A stretch of DNA of 64,000 bases from Cyclobacteriaceae bacterium. GTDB lineage: Bacteria > Bacteroidota > Bacteroidia > Cytophagales > Cyclobacteriaceae. Of this stretch, positions 27,984-38,101 are shown piece by piece. Under the pieces are notes generated by a model, which did no database searches, was not told where the DNA came from, and saw only the letters and a list, made by a program, of their open reading frames with translations. How positions within the stretch are numbered: position 1 is the first letter of the stretch; the number at the start of each line of letters is the position of its first letter. Made by a program: the position numbers and the translations under genes. The DNA lies in NCBI GenBank assembly GCA_019638275.1, contig JAHBUC010000005.1:111149-175148 (forward strand), written 5' to 3'.

Positions 27984-28634
27984 ATGAAACGACTCATTCA
28001 ATTTCCGGCATGGATACTCACAGGGCTGACATTATTGGTTTCCTGTGAGCGGCAGGAAGGGTTGCCAAAGCTACAAGTATGCAGTAGCAAGTATGTTTAC
28101 TATAACACAGGCGACTCAAAGGTATATTTAAGGCAATCGTTAACTGAAATATGGATTGTGTTTGCGCAAGAGGAAATCACGAAAGAGGAAGCTGAGTTGA
28201 TTCTGAGCAAATACACCTTTTTAGGAATGACTGGGTTGGCGAGTAGCTACAAGCAGGTTGGTGTGAGAATAAATGAAAATGTTACGGATTGTACAATTGT
28301 TAATAATTACCTGAGCGTGCTGAATGAGGATGAAGCAATTTTTTCGGCCACACCCGTGTTTTACTATTCCGCCACCGACCCGAACTCCTATTTTATCCTG
28401 TTAAGTGAAGTGCTCACAAAGAATAACGAGAGCCTTATCTCGGAATCTGATTTTATAGATTATGCGGAGTCGATGAATCTGGAGTTGGTTGAAGCAAAAT
28501 ATGCGACACAATATTTTAGAGTAAAAGAAGTAAAAACAGGGTTTGAAGCTTTGGAGATTGCCAACCAGATTTATGAAAGCGGAAAAGTTGAATATGCCCA
28601 ACCTAATGGCATAGTGAAAGTTGAGCCTCATTGA
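27984..28634 (+). CDS. Lipoprotein, unknown function
   Basis: Lipobox LTLLVSC; 216 aa. Confidence 0.6.
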   Translation: MKRLIQFPAWILTGLTLLVSCERQEGLPKLQVCSSKYVYYNTGDSKVYLRQSLTEIWIVFAQEEITKEEAELILSKYTFLGMTGLASSYKQVGVRINENVTDCTIVNNYLSVLNEDEAIFSATPVFYYSATDPNSYFILLSEVLTKNNESLISESDFIDYAESMNLELVEAKYATQYFRVKEVKTGFEALEIANQIYESGKVEYAQPNGIVKVEPH

Positions 28635-28708
28635 AATTTGTGGACTTCTAGATTGGTGAATATGTGAGGCTTGAGTGGTTGATATGAAACTACATAACCA
28701 AAAATACC

Positions 28709-29455
28709 ATGCCCTCATCCAACACCTACGTTATTTCCTACCACGCGTTAAGGCGGCTCATTGGTATACTGGGTATATTACTTCCGTTCTTATGCTTGGG
28801 TATTAATGCGTTTGTCAACCATTATGATTTGTTGAACAACCCCGCCTTTGTAAATGCTAAGTACAGTTGTCCTTATACAGCAGGGGTGAATTTGAAATCG
28901 TCCATCAGTCATTTTTACTACACCGCAGCCGGGCCGTTGTTTACCGGGGTGCTCATTACGCTGGCCATCTTTTTGTTTTGTTACAAAGGCCACGCTAAGA
29001 AAGAGAGCAAAGATAAGGTTGCCTGGTTAACGGATAGTTTACTTTCAAAATTAGCCGCCAGTTGCGCGCTGCTGATTGTGATTTTACCCACCGGCTCCGA
29101 TAAGCCCATTATCGATAACATTCACATCTACGTCTCCTCCGATGTAGCCGGTTTGATGCACCTGGTTTTTGCTGCGTTGTTTTTTGTGATCATGTCGGTG
29201 TTTTGCATCATCAATTTCAGAAGGAATGGGAGCAACGGGTTTATCAAAAATGCAGAGGGAAATATTTATTTGTTTTGCGGCATCGGCATATTGGTGTTGT
29301 TGCTTATTCTGTTTATCGATATGCTCACCGGCTCAACAAATTCAGGCAGCAGTTTTGTTTTCTGGATGGAGGCGGGCATGCTGTTTTTATTTGGCCTGGC
29401 GTGGCTGGTAAAAGGCAAGTCGGTGGTGACGGAGTATGTGATCGATAAGTTATAG
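28709..29455 (+). CDS. Polytopic membrane protein, unknown function
   Basis: 248 aa with about 6-7 TM helices. Confidence 0.6.
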   Translation: MPSSNTYVISYHALRRLIGILGILLPFLCLGINAFVNHYDLLNNPAFVNAKYSCPYTAGVNLKSSISHFYYTAAGPLFTGVLITLAIFLFCYKGHAKKESKDKVAWLTDSLLSKLAASCALLIVILPTGSDKPIIDNIHIYVSSDVAGLMHLVFAALFFVIMSVFCIINFRRNGSNGFIKNAEGNIYLFCGIGILVLLLILFIDMLTGSTNSGSSFVFWMEAGMLFLFGLAWLVKGKSVVTEYVIDKL

Positions 29456-29472
29456 TATAACGTTGATTGATT

Positions 29473-29535
29473 TTACCGCAAAGGCGGAGAGGCGCAAAGC
29501 TTCCGCGATTTCTTCTTAGCGTCTCCGTGGTTTCC
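29473..29535. repeat. REP-like element (accgcaaag..cggaga..gcaaag family)
   Basis: taccgcaaaggcggagaggcgcaaag... A related copy lies in inverted orientation at about 42921-42950. Confidence 0.55.
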
Positions 29536-29705
29536 GAATTGTAACGGGTAAAGAGAAGTTGACGTTGACCGTGTATGTGCTGGAGAAGTTGTAAAAAAAT
29601 TAGGAGAGATCAGGATATTGACAGAATTTGTCAGTATTAAGTTGTTGTGAAGCCTTATCCAATGAATTTAAAGCCGTAACTTTTGATTGAATAAGGCGAT
29701 AAACT

Positions 29706-30542
29706 ATGAGTGATATAAAACTATTTGAAGCCAAAAAAGTAAGAACGCAGTGGGATGACGAAAAGGAACTTTGGTATTTCTCCATTATTGATGTTATCCA
29801 GATACTGACTGGAAGCAATAATCCGAGAAGATATTGGAGTGATTTGAAAAGAAAACTTGAACAAGAGGGCTTTAGTCAGTTGTACGATATTATCGTACAA
29901 CTGAAATTAGAGTCTAATGATGGTAAAAAGTATCTGACGGATTGCACTGACACCCAAGGGCTTTTGCGCATAATTCAATCAATCCCCTCGCCAAAGGCTG
30001 AACCCTTTAAACAATGGTTGGCTCAAGTGGGCTATGAAAAAATCGAAGAAACCGAAAATCCCGAACTGAGTTTTGACCGCGCCATGGAAACCTACCTGGC
30101 AAAGGGATATTCCAAGGAATGGATTAACCAGCGGCTTAAAAGTATTGAAGTCAGAAAAGAGTTGACCGATGAATGGGAAAAGCGGGGTGTAAAAAGAGGA
30201 CTGGATTTTGCGGTGCTCACCGACATCATTACCAAAGCATGGAGTGGCAAAACCGTTAAAGAATACAAAAAGCACAAGAGCCTGAAAAAGGAAAACCTTC
30301 GGGATCACATGACCAACCTGGAGTTGGTATTAAACATGTTGGCCGAGGCCACTACAACTGAAATCTCGAAAGAGAAAAAGCCCAATACGTTTGACGAAAG
30401 TAAAGTGGTAGCCAAACAAGGCGGAACCATAGCCGGGAACACCCGAAAGGAAATTGAAGCCAAGACCGGAAAGAAGATTGTGAGCAAGCTCAATGCGAAA
30501 AAAATTATTGCCGGTAAACCGAAGCGGAAAAGGTTGAAGTAA
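29706..30542 (+). CDS. Bro-N domain protein (phage antirepressor-like) with a Lys-rich C-terminus
   Basis: N-terminus FEAKKVRTQWDDEKELWYFSIIDVIQILTGSNNPRRYWSDLKRKL...GLLRIIQSIPSPKAEPFKQWL is typical Bro-N. Confidence 0.75.
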   Translation: MSDIKLFEAKKVRTQWDDEKELWYFSIIDVIQILTGSNNPRRYWSDLKRKLEQEGFSQLYDIIVQLKLESNDGKKYLTDCTDTQGLLRIIQSIPSPKAEPFKQWLAQVGYEKIEETENPELSFDRAMETYLAKGYSKEWINQRLKSIEVRKELTDEWEKRGVKRGLDFAVLTDIITKAWSGKTVKEYKKHKSLKKENLRDHMTNLELVLNMLAEATTTEISKEKKPNTFDESKVVAKQGGTIAGNTRKEIEAKTGKKIVSKLNAKKIIAGKPKRKRLK

Positions 30543-30555
30543 CATCTTCACCATC

Positions 30556-31020
30556 ATGTGTCAACCCAACGGAAATTTCAAACTCTGCAGTTGTGGCAGA
30601 AAAGCAACCCCCCCGGGCAAGTTGAAAATTGCCTTGCGGAGTGTGCAGGCATTTGCACGCTTTATTAAACCACATAATGTGGGGTTGATATTAGAATCGG
30701 AAGCCTGCACGTGGTACCTGTACCAGCGCAGCAACCACCATTACCTGATTGGTGATTTGGTGATGGACCCGGAATACCTGGCCCGTGAAAAGGAAAAGCA
30801 CAAAACCTATCAATTTCTGGTGGATGCACTCAACACCCGCACCGATTGTTTCGACTTTGCCTACAAGCCCTCGCCAAACGACTGGCTTTGCCTGAAACTG
30901 AACGATAATGTATTGCTGTATGTAACCTATGATCAGGGCAGTTGGCGCATGGAGCAACAAGCCGATGTGATGGACGATTGGGATCATTGGTTGCTGAATA
31001 ACGGGCAGCTAAAAATGTAA
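30556..31020 (+). CDS. Hypothetical protein
   Basis: 154-aa ORF 13 nt downstream of the Bro-N gene. No motif recognised. Confidence 0.5.
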   Translation: MCQPNGNFKLCSCGRKATPPGKLKIALRSVQAFARFIKPHNVGLILESEACTWYLYQRSNHHYLIGDLVMDPEYLAREKEKHKTYQFLVDALNTRTDCFDFAYKPSPNDWLCLKLNDNVLLYVTYDQGSWRMEQQADVMDDWDHWLLNNGQLKM

Positions 31021-31056
31021 AAATATTGATAAATAATCTGCAAAATGTAGATTATC

Positions 31057-31722
31057 ATGTTAAAATTTTACAATTTTGCATTGATGAACTCCGTTGAGCA
31101 AATCCGACAGTACGCGCATCAGCCCCTTACACACCAACTTTTGGTTTCGCTGCTTAAATCGTTCAAACAGCCAAACGATAAGATTTATAAGTTGATGCGC
31201 GATGGATTAATTATACCCATAAAAAAGGGACTCTACATCGCGGGCAACATCCTAAATGCGGGGAGGCCAGATCCTTTTCTGTTGGCCAATCACATGCTTG
31301 GTCCAAGCTATGTTTCGATGGAAACAGCCTTGGCCTATTATGGTTTCATACCTGAGCGTGTGCACGAAATTGCATCTGTTACCACCAAAGCATCAAGAAC
31401 GTTTGATACAAGGGTTGGAAAATTCACCTACACGCGTGCTCCTTTACCGTATTACACGTTTGGTATTCAGCGCATCATGTTGTCTGATGATCAATATGCT
31501 CTGGTAGCATCACCGGAAAAAGCTATTTGTGATAAGATAATCACAACATCGGGGTTGTTGTTTCGTAGTAGAAATTCGGCAACCGAATTTCTGATTGAGA
31601 ATATGCGTATGGATGAGGAGAAGCTGAAGGAACTCGACCTGGATGAAATGGAAACCTGGGTGGCACAATCTCCTAAAGCAGAAAGTCTGCAAATGGTTAT
31701 TCATGCAATTAAGGAATTATGA
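31057..31722 (+). CDS. AbiEi-family antitoxin / transcriptional regulator (type IV TA)
   Basis: AbiEi-like N-terminus (LLVSLLKSF..PNDKIYKLMRDGLIIPIKKGLYIAG). 4-nt overlap with the AbiEii gene. Confidence 0.75.
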   Translation: MLKFYNFALMNSVEQIRQYAHQPLTHQLLVSLLKSFKQPNDKIYKLMRDGLIIPIKKGLYIAGNILNAGRPDPFLLANHMLGPSYVSMETALAYYGFIPERVHEIASVTTKASRTFDTRVGKFTYTRAPLPYYTFGIQRIMLSDDQYALVASPEKAICDKIITTSGLLFRSRNSATEFLIENMRMDEEKLKELDLDEMETWVAQSPKAESLQMVIHAIKEL

Positions 31723-32573
31723 TTAAAGAATGGCTTGCTGAATACAACCCCGCCAATAAAAATGAGGCGCACACTGCCCTACGTGAAATTATGCAGGAAG
31801 TAGCCCTGGCAGGATTATACAGATCGGGGTTTTTCGAAAAGGCAGCTTTCTATGGAGGAACTGCGCTTCGTATTTTCTACAAGCTTGATCGTTTTTCTGA
31901 AGACCTTGACTTTTCTTTATTAGAGCCCAATCCTAATTTCTCGCTTGATCGGTACATGGTAGCAATTCATGACGAGTTTGAGTCACTGGGGATGGAGGTT
32001 TCCATCAAGGACAAAAAGAAAACTAAAGAAAGCCAGGTTGAATCTGCTTTTCTGAAATCGGAAACGCTTTGGAAAGAATTGATACTGGAGAGCATGTTAC
32101 CACAGACTGGATTGAACCAACCGGTAAACATTACGATTAAGATTGAAGTTGATACCCTTCCTCCTGGGGGATTTGAAACGGAGGAGAAATTGTTACTGAA
32201 ACCTTTCTCGTTCTACGTAAAGTGCTTTTCACTTCCATTTCTTTTTGCCGGAAAAATGCATGCTTTACTTTTTCGAAAGTGGAAGAACAACGTAAAAGGT
32301 CGTGACTGGTATGATTTGGAGTGGTACATTAAGAACAAAGTGTCCATGAGCCTCGCTCATTTTATAGAACGCGCTAAATCAAGTGGTGATTTGCTTACGC
32401 GTTCTTGTTCAGAAGAAACAGTAAGGGAGTTGTTGTCAGAAAAAATAGAAACCATAGACTTTGAGAGGATGAAGGCTGATGTTATCCGATTCATACCAGA
32501 TAGTCACAGGCTGGATTTATGGTCTCCAAAATATTTTCATGACCTGGCTTCACATTTACTGATAACACCGTAG
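31719..32573 (+). CDS. AbiEii/AbiGii-family nucleotidyltransferase toxin
   Basis: FYGGTALRIFYKLDRFSEDLDFSL nucleotidyltransferase motif and K..ALL.R....GRDWYDL motif. Confidence 0.85.
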   Translation: MIKEWLAEYNPANKNEAHTALREIMQEVALAGLYRSGFFEKAAFYGGTALRIFYKLDRFSEDLDFSLLEPNPNFSLDRYMVAIHDEFESLGMEVSIKDKKKTKESQVESAFLKSETLWKELILESMLPQTGLNQPVNITIKIEVDTLPPGGFETEEKLLLKPFSFYVKCFSLPFLFAGKMHALLFRKWKNNVKGRDWYDLEWYIKNKVSMSLAHFIERAKSSGDLLTRSCSEETVRELLSEKIETIDFERMKADVIRFIPDSHRLDLWSPKYFHDLASHLLITP

Positions 32574-32602
32574 TGACGCGTAGTAAAACATATTTAGTAA
32601 AT

Positions 32603-32875
32603 TCAATCCTGCTTCTTCTTAAACGCAGCCTTCACCGCGTTCTCTAATTCCTTGCCGGCACGCTTCAGACTGCTTTCTACTTCTTTCCAGCGGTCTTTGT
32701 TTTCGGCCTGGGCTTTTAGTTTTTCTGCGGCCTGTTTCAGGTCTTCGTATTTATCTTCAAACTCTTTATTGAGTTTGCCTCCAGCCTCGTTCAGTTCTTC
32801 CATGAACTTATCTACTTTTTTGCCAAAGTTTTGAAAGAGTGTTTCGGCTTTGCCTTCTTTTGTTTCGTCTGCCAT
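32603..32875 (-). CDS. Small Lys/Glu-rich helical protein
   Basis: 90-aa charged helical ORF. The antisense ORF in the track is low-complexity. Confidence 0.5.
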   Translation of the reverse strand: MADETKEGKAETLFQNFGKKVDKFMEELNEAGGKLNKEFEDKYEDLKQAAEKLKAQAENKDRWKEVESSLKRAGKELENAVKAAFKKKQD

Positions 32876-33007
32876 ACTTCAGGTGTTAATAAGTGATTAA
32901 GTTAAAACGGATACTGCTGTAACGCAAAATCAGACGCCCGCGTTCACTTAAAATTACGCTATCGGGTGCGTTAATTTCCTTATTTTGCATAGCTCAAATC
33001 CCTAATC

Positions 33008-33685
33008 ATGGAAAACGATCAGGATCACATCGAATACATCACCCAACTGCTGGAGAGTAAGTCCACCGCCAAGCAAAAAACCTACAAGCACCTGCTGGAA
33101 GCATTCACTATGTTAAAGGAGGAGGCCGCGCGTATTGTGCAGGAGTTGCAAAAAAAGGCGCATCCCGGTGATGACGATGTTACCATCTCCTTTGATGTAA
33201 TCAACGAGCATGAATTTCATGCAAAGGTAGCGGGCGATCTGTTGATTTTTGTGCTGCACACCAACGTGGTTACGTTTGATGAAGAGCACTTTGTAATGAA
33301 AGACACCTATACCCGGCAAAATGAATATAACCGTTACTATGGGCAAATCATGATTTATAACTTCATGGCCGATTCGTTGAAATTCAACCGCATCAACGAT
33401 CCGGGTTATTTGCTCGCGCGATTGATGGTAAATCACGAGAACCGGTTTTTTGTAGAAGGCGAGGGGCAACTTTCATTTTTATTCAACAAAGTTTCGGAAG
33501 GGCCACTGCAGCGCGAAAACCTGAACGCGCTGGTAAAACTGGCGCTGGCCATAGCCATTGAAAACGATTTGATGGCCATGCCGTATCCGCAAGTGCGGTT
33601 TATTACCCTGCACCAAAAACTGGAGCATACCCCCGATTTGGGTGGCGGGCAGAAGATTGGATTCCGGATGAGTTACCAAAAATAG
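33008..33685 (+). CDS. Hypothetical protein
   Basis: 225-aa ORF with normal-looking composition. No motif recognised. Confidence 0.6.
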   Translation: MENDQDHIEYITQLLESKSTAKQKTYKHLLEAFTMLKEEAARIVQELQKKAHPGDDDVTISFDVINEHEFHAKVAGDLLIFVLHTNVVTFDEEHFVMKDTYTRQNEYNRYYGQIMIYNFMADSLKFNRINDPGYLLARLMVNHENRFFVEGEGQLSFLFNKVSEGPLQRENLNALVKLALAIAIENDLMAMPYPQVRFITLHQKLEHTPDLGGGQKIGFRMSYQK

Positions 33686-33779
33686 ATACACCCCCTCCCT
33701 GCCTCCCCCTCAAGGGGGAGGTGTCCGCAGGACAGAGGGGGTGTTTCCAAAATCCCCTTTTCAATCCTAACTTGCCAAC

Positions 33780-33923
33780 ATGAAAAGTGCCGTGTTGCTT
33801 AAGCGAATTTCCATTGTTTTGATCATGCTGGCCGCCATGCTGTTTACAGATTGCGCCTCACAAAAAAAGCATAAGCGCCTGAAGCCCGGCAAGCCCATTC
33901 CTTGTCCGCAAAAAGACTGCTGA
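33780..33923 (+). CDS. Small lipoprotein (47 aa)
   Basis: Hand translation: MKSAVLLKRISIVLIMLAAMLFTDCASQKKHKRLKPGKPIPCPQKDC*. Its TGA overlaps the cmk ATG (ATGA-type coupling). Confidence 0.4.
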   Translation: MKSAVLLKRISIVLIMLAAMLFTDCASQKKHKRLKPGKPIPCPQKDC

Positions 33924-34624
33924 TGAACCTGAGTAAGATTGTTATTGCGATAGACGGATACTCCGCCTGTGGTAAAAGCACCACGGCCAAGGAGGTAGCG
34001 AAAATATTGGGTTACCGCTACATCGATTCGGGCGCCATGTACCGGGCAGTTACGTTGTATTTTCTCGATCACCACGTAGCGCTCACCAACCCGAAAGAAA
34101 TTCATCGTGCGCTGCAGCAGATCAACATCTCTTTTAAAATAAATGCTAAAGGCATAACCGAAACGTTCCTGAACGGACTGAGTGTGGAGGAAGAGATCCG
34201 CCAGATGCGTGTGTCAGAACAGGTGAGCCCGGTGAGCGCCATTAAAGAAGTGCGTGAAGCTATGGTGGCGCAACAGCGCAAACTGGGTAAAGAAAGAGGC
34301 ATTGTGATGGATGGCCGCGACATCGGCACCGTGGTATTTCCGCAAGCCGAGCTAAAACTGTTTATGACAGCCGATATGATGGTGCGGGCCTTCCGCAGGC
34401 AGCGCGAGTGGTTGGATCAGGACAGGCTGGTTGACCTGGATGATGTGGTTGAGAACATCAAAAAACGTGATCTTATTGACACCACACGGGCAGAAAGTCC
34501 GCTACGCCAGGCCGAGGATGCCGTGGTAATCGACACCACGCACATCACCATCGATGAGCAGGTGGATGAGGTGGTTCGGATGGCCTTTTCGAAGATTGTT
34601 TCGATGCGAAAAACCACCCGCTAA
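33923..34624 (+). CDS. cmk: Cytidylate kinase
   Basis: P-loop IAIDGYSACGKSTTAKEVA, YIDSGAMYR, GIVMDGRDIGTVVFP. Start taken at MNLSKIV. Confidence 0.9.
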   Translation: MNLSKIVIAIDGYSACGKSTTAKEVAKILGYRYIDSGAMYRAVTLYFLDHHVALTNPKEIHRALQQINISFKINAKGITETFLNGLSVEEEIRQMRVSEQVSPVSAIKEVREAMVAQQRKLGKERGIVMDGRDIGTVVFPQAELKLFMTADMMVRAFRRQREWLDQDRLVDLDDVVENIKKRDLIDTTRAESPLRQAEDAVVIDTTHITIDEQVDEVVRMAFSKIVSMRKTTR

Positions 34625-34749
34625 CGGGGGCAGGTTAAACACAATTTTAACTGCCGAAAATCAGGTGCCAACCAGCACCAAAAAGCCTTTTTAATATCGT
34701 TTTAATCACTAATTTTGCCCCCGATCAAATCAAAATTACCCCGCAGCGC

Positions 34750-36114
34750 ATGGGCAAATTCATCCGGTTAAAGAAGGGCTTTGACATCAATCTTGCAGGT
34801 AAAGCCGCACCTAAAATTGCCAGTATTGAACAACCTGAAACATTTGCCGTAAAACCCACTGATTTTCATGGCATTTACATGCCAAAAGTGGTCGTTCAGG
34901 AAGGCGATAATGTGAAGGCTGGTACCGTACTGTTTCACGATAAAAAACACACAGACATCGTATTCACCGCTCCTGTAAGTGGTGAAGTGGTGGAAATCAA
35001 GCGTGGCGAAAAGCGCAAACTGCTGGAAGTGAAAATTCTGGCCGATAAAAGCATTGAATACGTTCAATTCACCAAACATTCAGTATCTGATATTGCCAAC
35101 CTGAATCGCGAAAAGGCGCAGGAGCAAATGTTGAAGAGTGGGGTTTGGGTAAACCTGGTGCAACGTCCGTTTGGTATTGTTGCTGACCCGGCCGAAAAAC
35201 CGAAGGCAATTTTTATTTCAGCATTTGATTCCAATCCGCTTGGCGCAGATTACAATGTAATCTTTAAAGGGCAGGAGCAGTTCTTCCAGGTGGGTGTAGA
35301 TATTTTAAAGAAGTTCACTTCGGGTCTTGTACATGTAAATGTTCACTCCGAGCGTGAAATCTCCCCTGTTTTCTCGCAAGTAAAAGGTGTGGAGTTAAAC
35401 AAATTTTCTGGTCCGCATCCGTCAGGATGTGTGGGCGTGCAGATTCACCACCTTGATCCTATAAATAAAGGAGATGTAATCTGGACAATTTCACCAGCCG
35501 GTGTAATCCAGATCGGTAAACTTTTCCTCAACGGAATTTACGATGCTTCCAAAGTGGTAGCTGTGGCCGGATCGGAAGTGAAGGAGCCGCAGTACTACCA
35601 GACACATTCAGGTGCTTGTGTAAACAGGTTCCTCAATAATAATTTGAAGCAAGATCATGTACGGGTAGTATCCGGTAATGTGCTTACTGGTACCAGTATC
35701 GGCAAAGAGGGTTACCTCGGTCATTTCGATCATGTTATTACTGTTATTCCGGAAGGAGATTATTATGAATTCCTGGGTTGGATAAAACCCACAGCGAATA
35801 AACTCAGTGTTCACCGGGCTTTCGGGTTGTTTTCCTTCCTGAATCCGAAGAAAGAGTTTGTATTGGATAGCAACATGCGTGGCGAACCGCGTGCGTTTGT
35901 TCAAACCGGTGTGTTTGAACAGGTTACCCCGATGGACATTTTACCAACGTATTTGATAAAGTCGATCATTGCCGAGGATTACGATGAGATGGAAGCGCTG
36001 GGTATTTATGAAGTAATTGAAGAAGACCTGGCCCTGTGTGAGTTTGTGGATGTCTCCAAGCACAATGTGCAGTCTATATTGAGAGAAGGAATTGATTTAA
36101 TGCTGAACAGTTGA
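34750..36114 (+). CDS. nqrA: Na+-translocating NADH:quinone oxidoreductase subunit A
   Basis: 454 aa with an NqrA-like N-terminus (IRLKKGFDINLAGKA) and the first position in an nqr gene order. Confidence 0.9.
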   Translation: MGKFIRLKKGFDINLAGKAAPKIASIEQPETFAVKPTDFHGIYMPKVVVQEGDNVKAGTVLFHDKKHTDIVFTAPVSGEVVEIKRGEKRKLLEVKILADKSIEYVQFTKHSVSDIANLNREKAQEQMLKSGVWVNLVQRPFGIVADPAEKPKAIFISAFDSNPLGADYNVIFKGQEQFFQVGVDILKKFTSGLVHVNVHSEREISPVFSQVKGVELNKFSGPHPSGCVGVQIHHLDPINKGDVIWTISPAGVIQIGKLFLNGIYDASKVVAVAGSEVKEPQYYQTHSGACVNRFLNNNLKQDHVRVVSGNVLTGTSIGKEGYLGHFDHVITVIPEGDYYEFLGWIKPTANKLSVHRAFGLFSFLNPKKEFVLDSNMRGEPRAFVQTGVFEQVTPMDILPTYLIKSIIAEDYDEMEALGIYEVIEEDLALCEFVDVSKHNVQSILREGIDLMLNS

Positions 36115-36115
36115 T

Positions 36116-37318
36116 ATGAAGTTTTTACGCGATACACTGGACAAAGTAAAGCATGACTTCGAGAAGGGGGGCAAGTACCACAAATACTTCTACCTCTACG
36201 AAGCGTTCGACACGTTTAATTATGCTCCAAACACGGTAACCCCTGCTTCAGGCGCACAGATACGCGATGCAGTGGATTTGAAACGTTTGATGATGACCGT
36301 GGTGATCGCCATGATCCCATGTCTGGCCTTCGGTATTTATAACGTAGGCTATCAACATGCGCTTGCAACCGGCCAGCAACTGGCTATGGGCGACATGATC
36401 GTTACCGGATTGATCAAGGTTCTTCCTATTGTTATTGTAGCCTATGTAGCAGGCGGACTTGTTGAAGTTGTTTTTGTGGTGCTACGCAAACACCCGCTCA
36501 ACGAAGGGTACCTGGTTACCGGTATGCTTATTCCGTTGGTGATGCCTCCGGATATTCCGTTGTGGCAGGTTGCCGTGGCCAGCATTTTTTCCGTGGTCAT
36601 TGCCAAAGAAGCTTTCGGTGGAACGGGAATGAATATTTTAAACGTGGCGCTCACTGCGCGTGCGTTCTTGTACTTTGCGTATCCGCTCCAGATCTCCGGT
36701 GAAGTGTGGACCTATCTGCCGGAAGGCGCAACAACAGTTGCCGGTTATTCCGGTGCAACTCCGTTGGCGGTTGCCGCACAGGCTTCCACGGATGGCGAAA
36801 GTGTAGTTCAGGCATTTAATTCTTTCGGCTCAGGTTGGGCCAATGATTTGTACAGTTTCTCGAATATGTTCTTTGGCTTTATGCCGGGAAGTATCGGTGA
36901 AACATCAGCGCTCATGTGTTTGATCGGTGCATTTATTCTGGTGGTAACTGGTGTGGGTAGCTGGAAGATTATTGCAAGTGTTTTTGTTGGTGCGTATGGA
37001 ATGGCTTCATTCCTGAACCTGGTTGCTGTAAATGAATTCATGGCCATGCCTGCTCACTATCATTTGGTAATTGGTGGGTTGGCGTTCGGTGCCGTGTTTA
37101 TGGCTACCGATCCTGTTACGGCAGCACAGACCGAAGCCGGTAAATGGGTTTACGGTTTACTGATTGGAATTTTAACGGTGTTGATCCGCGTGTTCAACCC
37201 GGCTTACCCGGAAGGTATCATGTTGGCCATTCTGTTCATGAACGTGATGGCTCCTTTGATAGATTACGTAGTTGTGAATGCAAACAAAAAACGGAGATTA
37301 AGACGTGCGACAATCTAA
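36116..37318 (+). CDS. nqrB: Na+-NQR subunit B
   Basis: 400-aa polytopic protein with the GYSGATPL flavin-attachment-type motif. Position in the operon fits. Confidence 0.9.
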   Translation: MKFLRDTLDKVKHDFEKGGKYHKYFYLYEAFDTFNYAPNTVTPASGAQIRDAVDLKRLMMTVVIAMIPCLAFGIYNVGYQHALATGQQLAMGDMIVTGLIKVLPIVIVAYVAGGLVEVVFVVLRKHPLNEGYLVTGMLIPLVMPPDIPLWQVAVASIFSVVIAKEAFGGTGMNILNVALTARAFLYFAYPLQISGEVWTYLPEGATTVAGYSGATPLAVAAQASTDGESVVQAFNSFGSGWANDLYSFSNMFFGFMPGSIGETSALMCLIGAFILVVTGVGSWKIIASVFVGAYGMASFLNLVAVNEFMAMPAHYHLVIGGLAFGAVFMATDPVTAAQTEAGKWVYGLLIGILTVLIRVFNPAYPEGIMLAILFMNVMAPLIDYVVVNANKKRRLRRATI

Positions 37319-38099
37319 TTTATACATCGTATTATATGCCGCTGCACTCACGGTAGTGTGTGGTGGTTTGTTGGCGCTTGCTTCCGAAGGATTGAAAGAT
37401 CGCCAACAGGCAAACATTGCCCTCGAACAGAAGAAAAATATTCTGGGCACCGTAATGGTGGTGGATAAGAACACCAACGTGGAAGAAGAGTATGCCAAAA
37501 AGGTTAAATCCTTTGTGATTGACTCGAAAGGCAACGTAATAGAAGGTGTAAATGCTGCTGATGTAGTGGTTTTGGCCGAATACAAGAAGCCTGCCGATCA
37601 GCGCATGCTGCCGGTATATGAGATCCGCAGTGAATCCAATCCCGATAAAATTGATTTCGTGGTGTTGCCGGTGTTTGGTTTCGGCTTGTGGGATAACATC
37701 TGGGGATTTGTGGCCTTGCAGGAAGACATGAATACCATTCAGGGGGTGTCATTTCAGCATAAAGCAGAAACTCCTGGCCTTGGTGCGCGCATCGACTCAA
37801 AAGACATTCAGGATCGGTACAAAGGAAAATCCATTTATGATGGCGCCACATTGGTTGCCGTTACCATGATGAAGGGAGAAGGCGTTGACTATTCCGATGA
37901 TCTGCACAAGGTTGACGGTATGTCAGGCGCAACACTAACAGCAAAAGGTGTTAACACCATGTTGTCGGGTTACCTTTCTTTGTATGAAAATTACCTGAAG
38001 AAAGTGAAAGCAGGCAGTGCTTCTGCGAAAGCAGAAGAAGCGGTTGAAGAACCGGTGGCTGAAGAAACAGAAACAGAATCATCAGACGAAACGAAGTAA
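37305..38099 (+). CDS. nqrC: Na+-NQR subunit C
   Basis: Single N-terminal TM helix and FMN-attachment motif DGMSGATLT, with an acidic C-terminal tail. Confidence 0.9.
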   Translation: MRQSNLYIVLYAAALTVVCGGLLALASEGLKDRQQANIALEQKKNILGTVMVVDKNTNVEEEYAKKVKSFVIDSKGNVIEGVNAADVVVLAEYKKPADQRMLPVYEIRSESNPDKIDFVVLPVFGFGLWDNIWGFVALQEDMNTIQGVSFQHKAETPGLGARIDSKDIQDRYKGKSIYDGATLVAVTMMKGEGVDYSDDLHKVDGMSGATLTAKGVNTMLSGYLSLYENYLKKVKAGSASAKAEEAVEEPVAEETETESSDETK

Positions 38100-38101
38100 C
38101 T

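Noticed and set aside
33767-34105. A 112-aa minus-strand ORF overlapping the cmk start.
   Set aside because: It overlaps the well-supported cmk gene and a plausible small lipoprotein ORF on the plus strand, and it shows no recognisable features.
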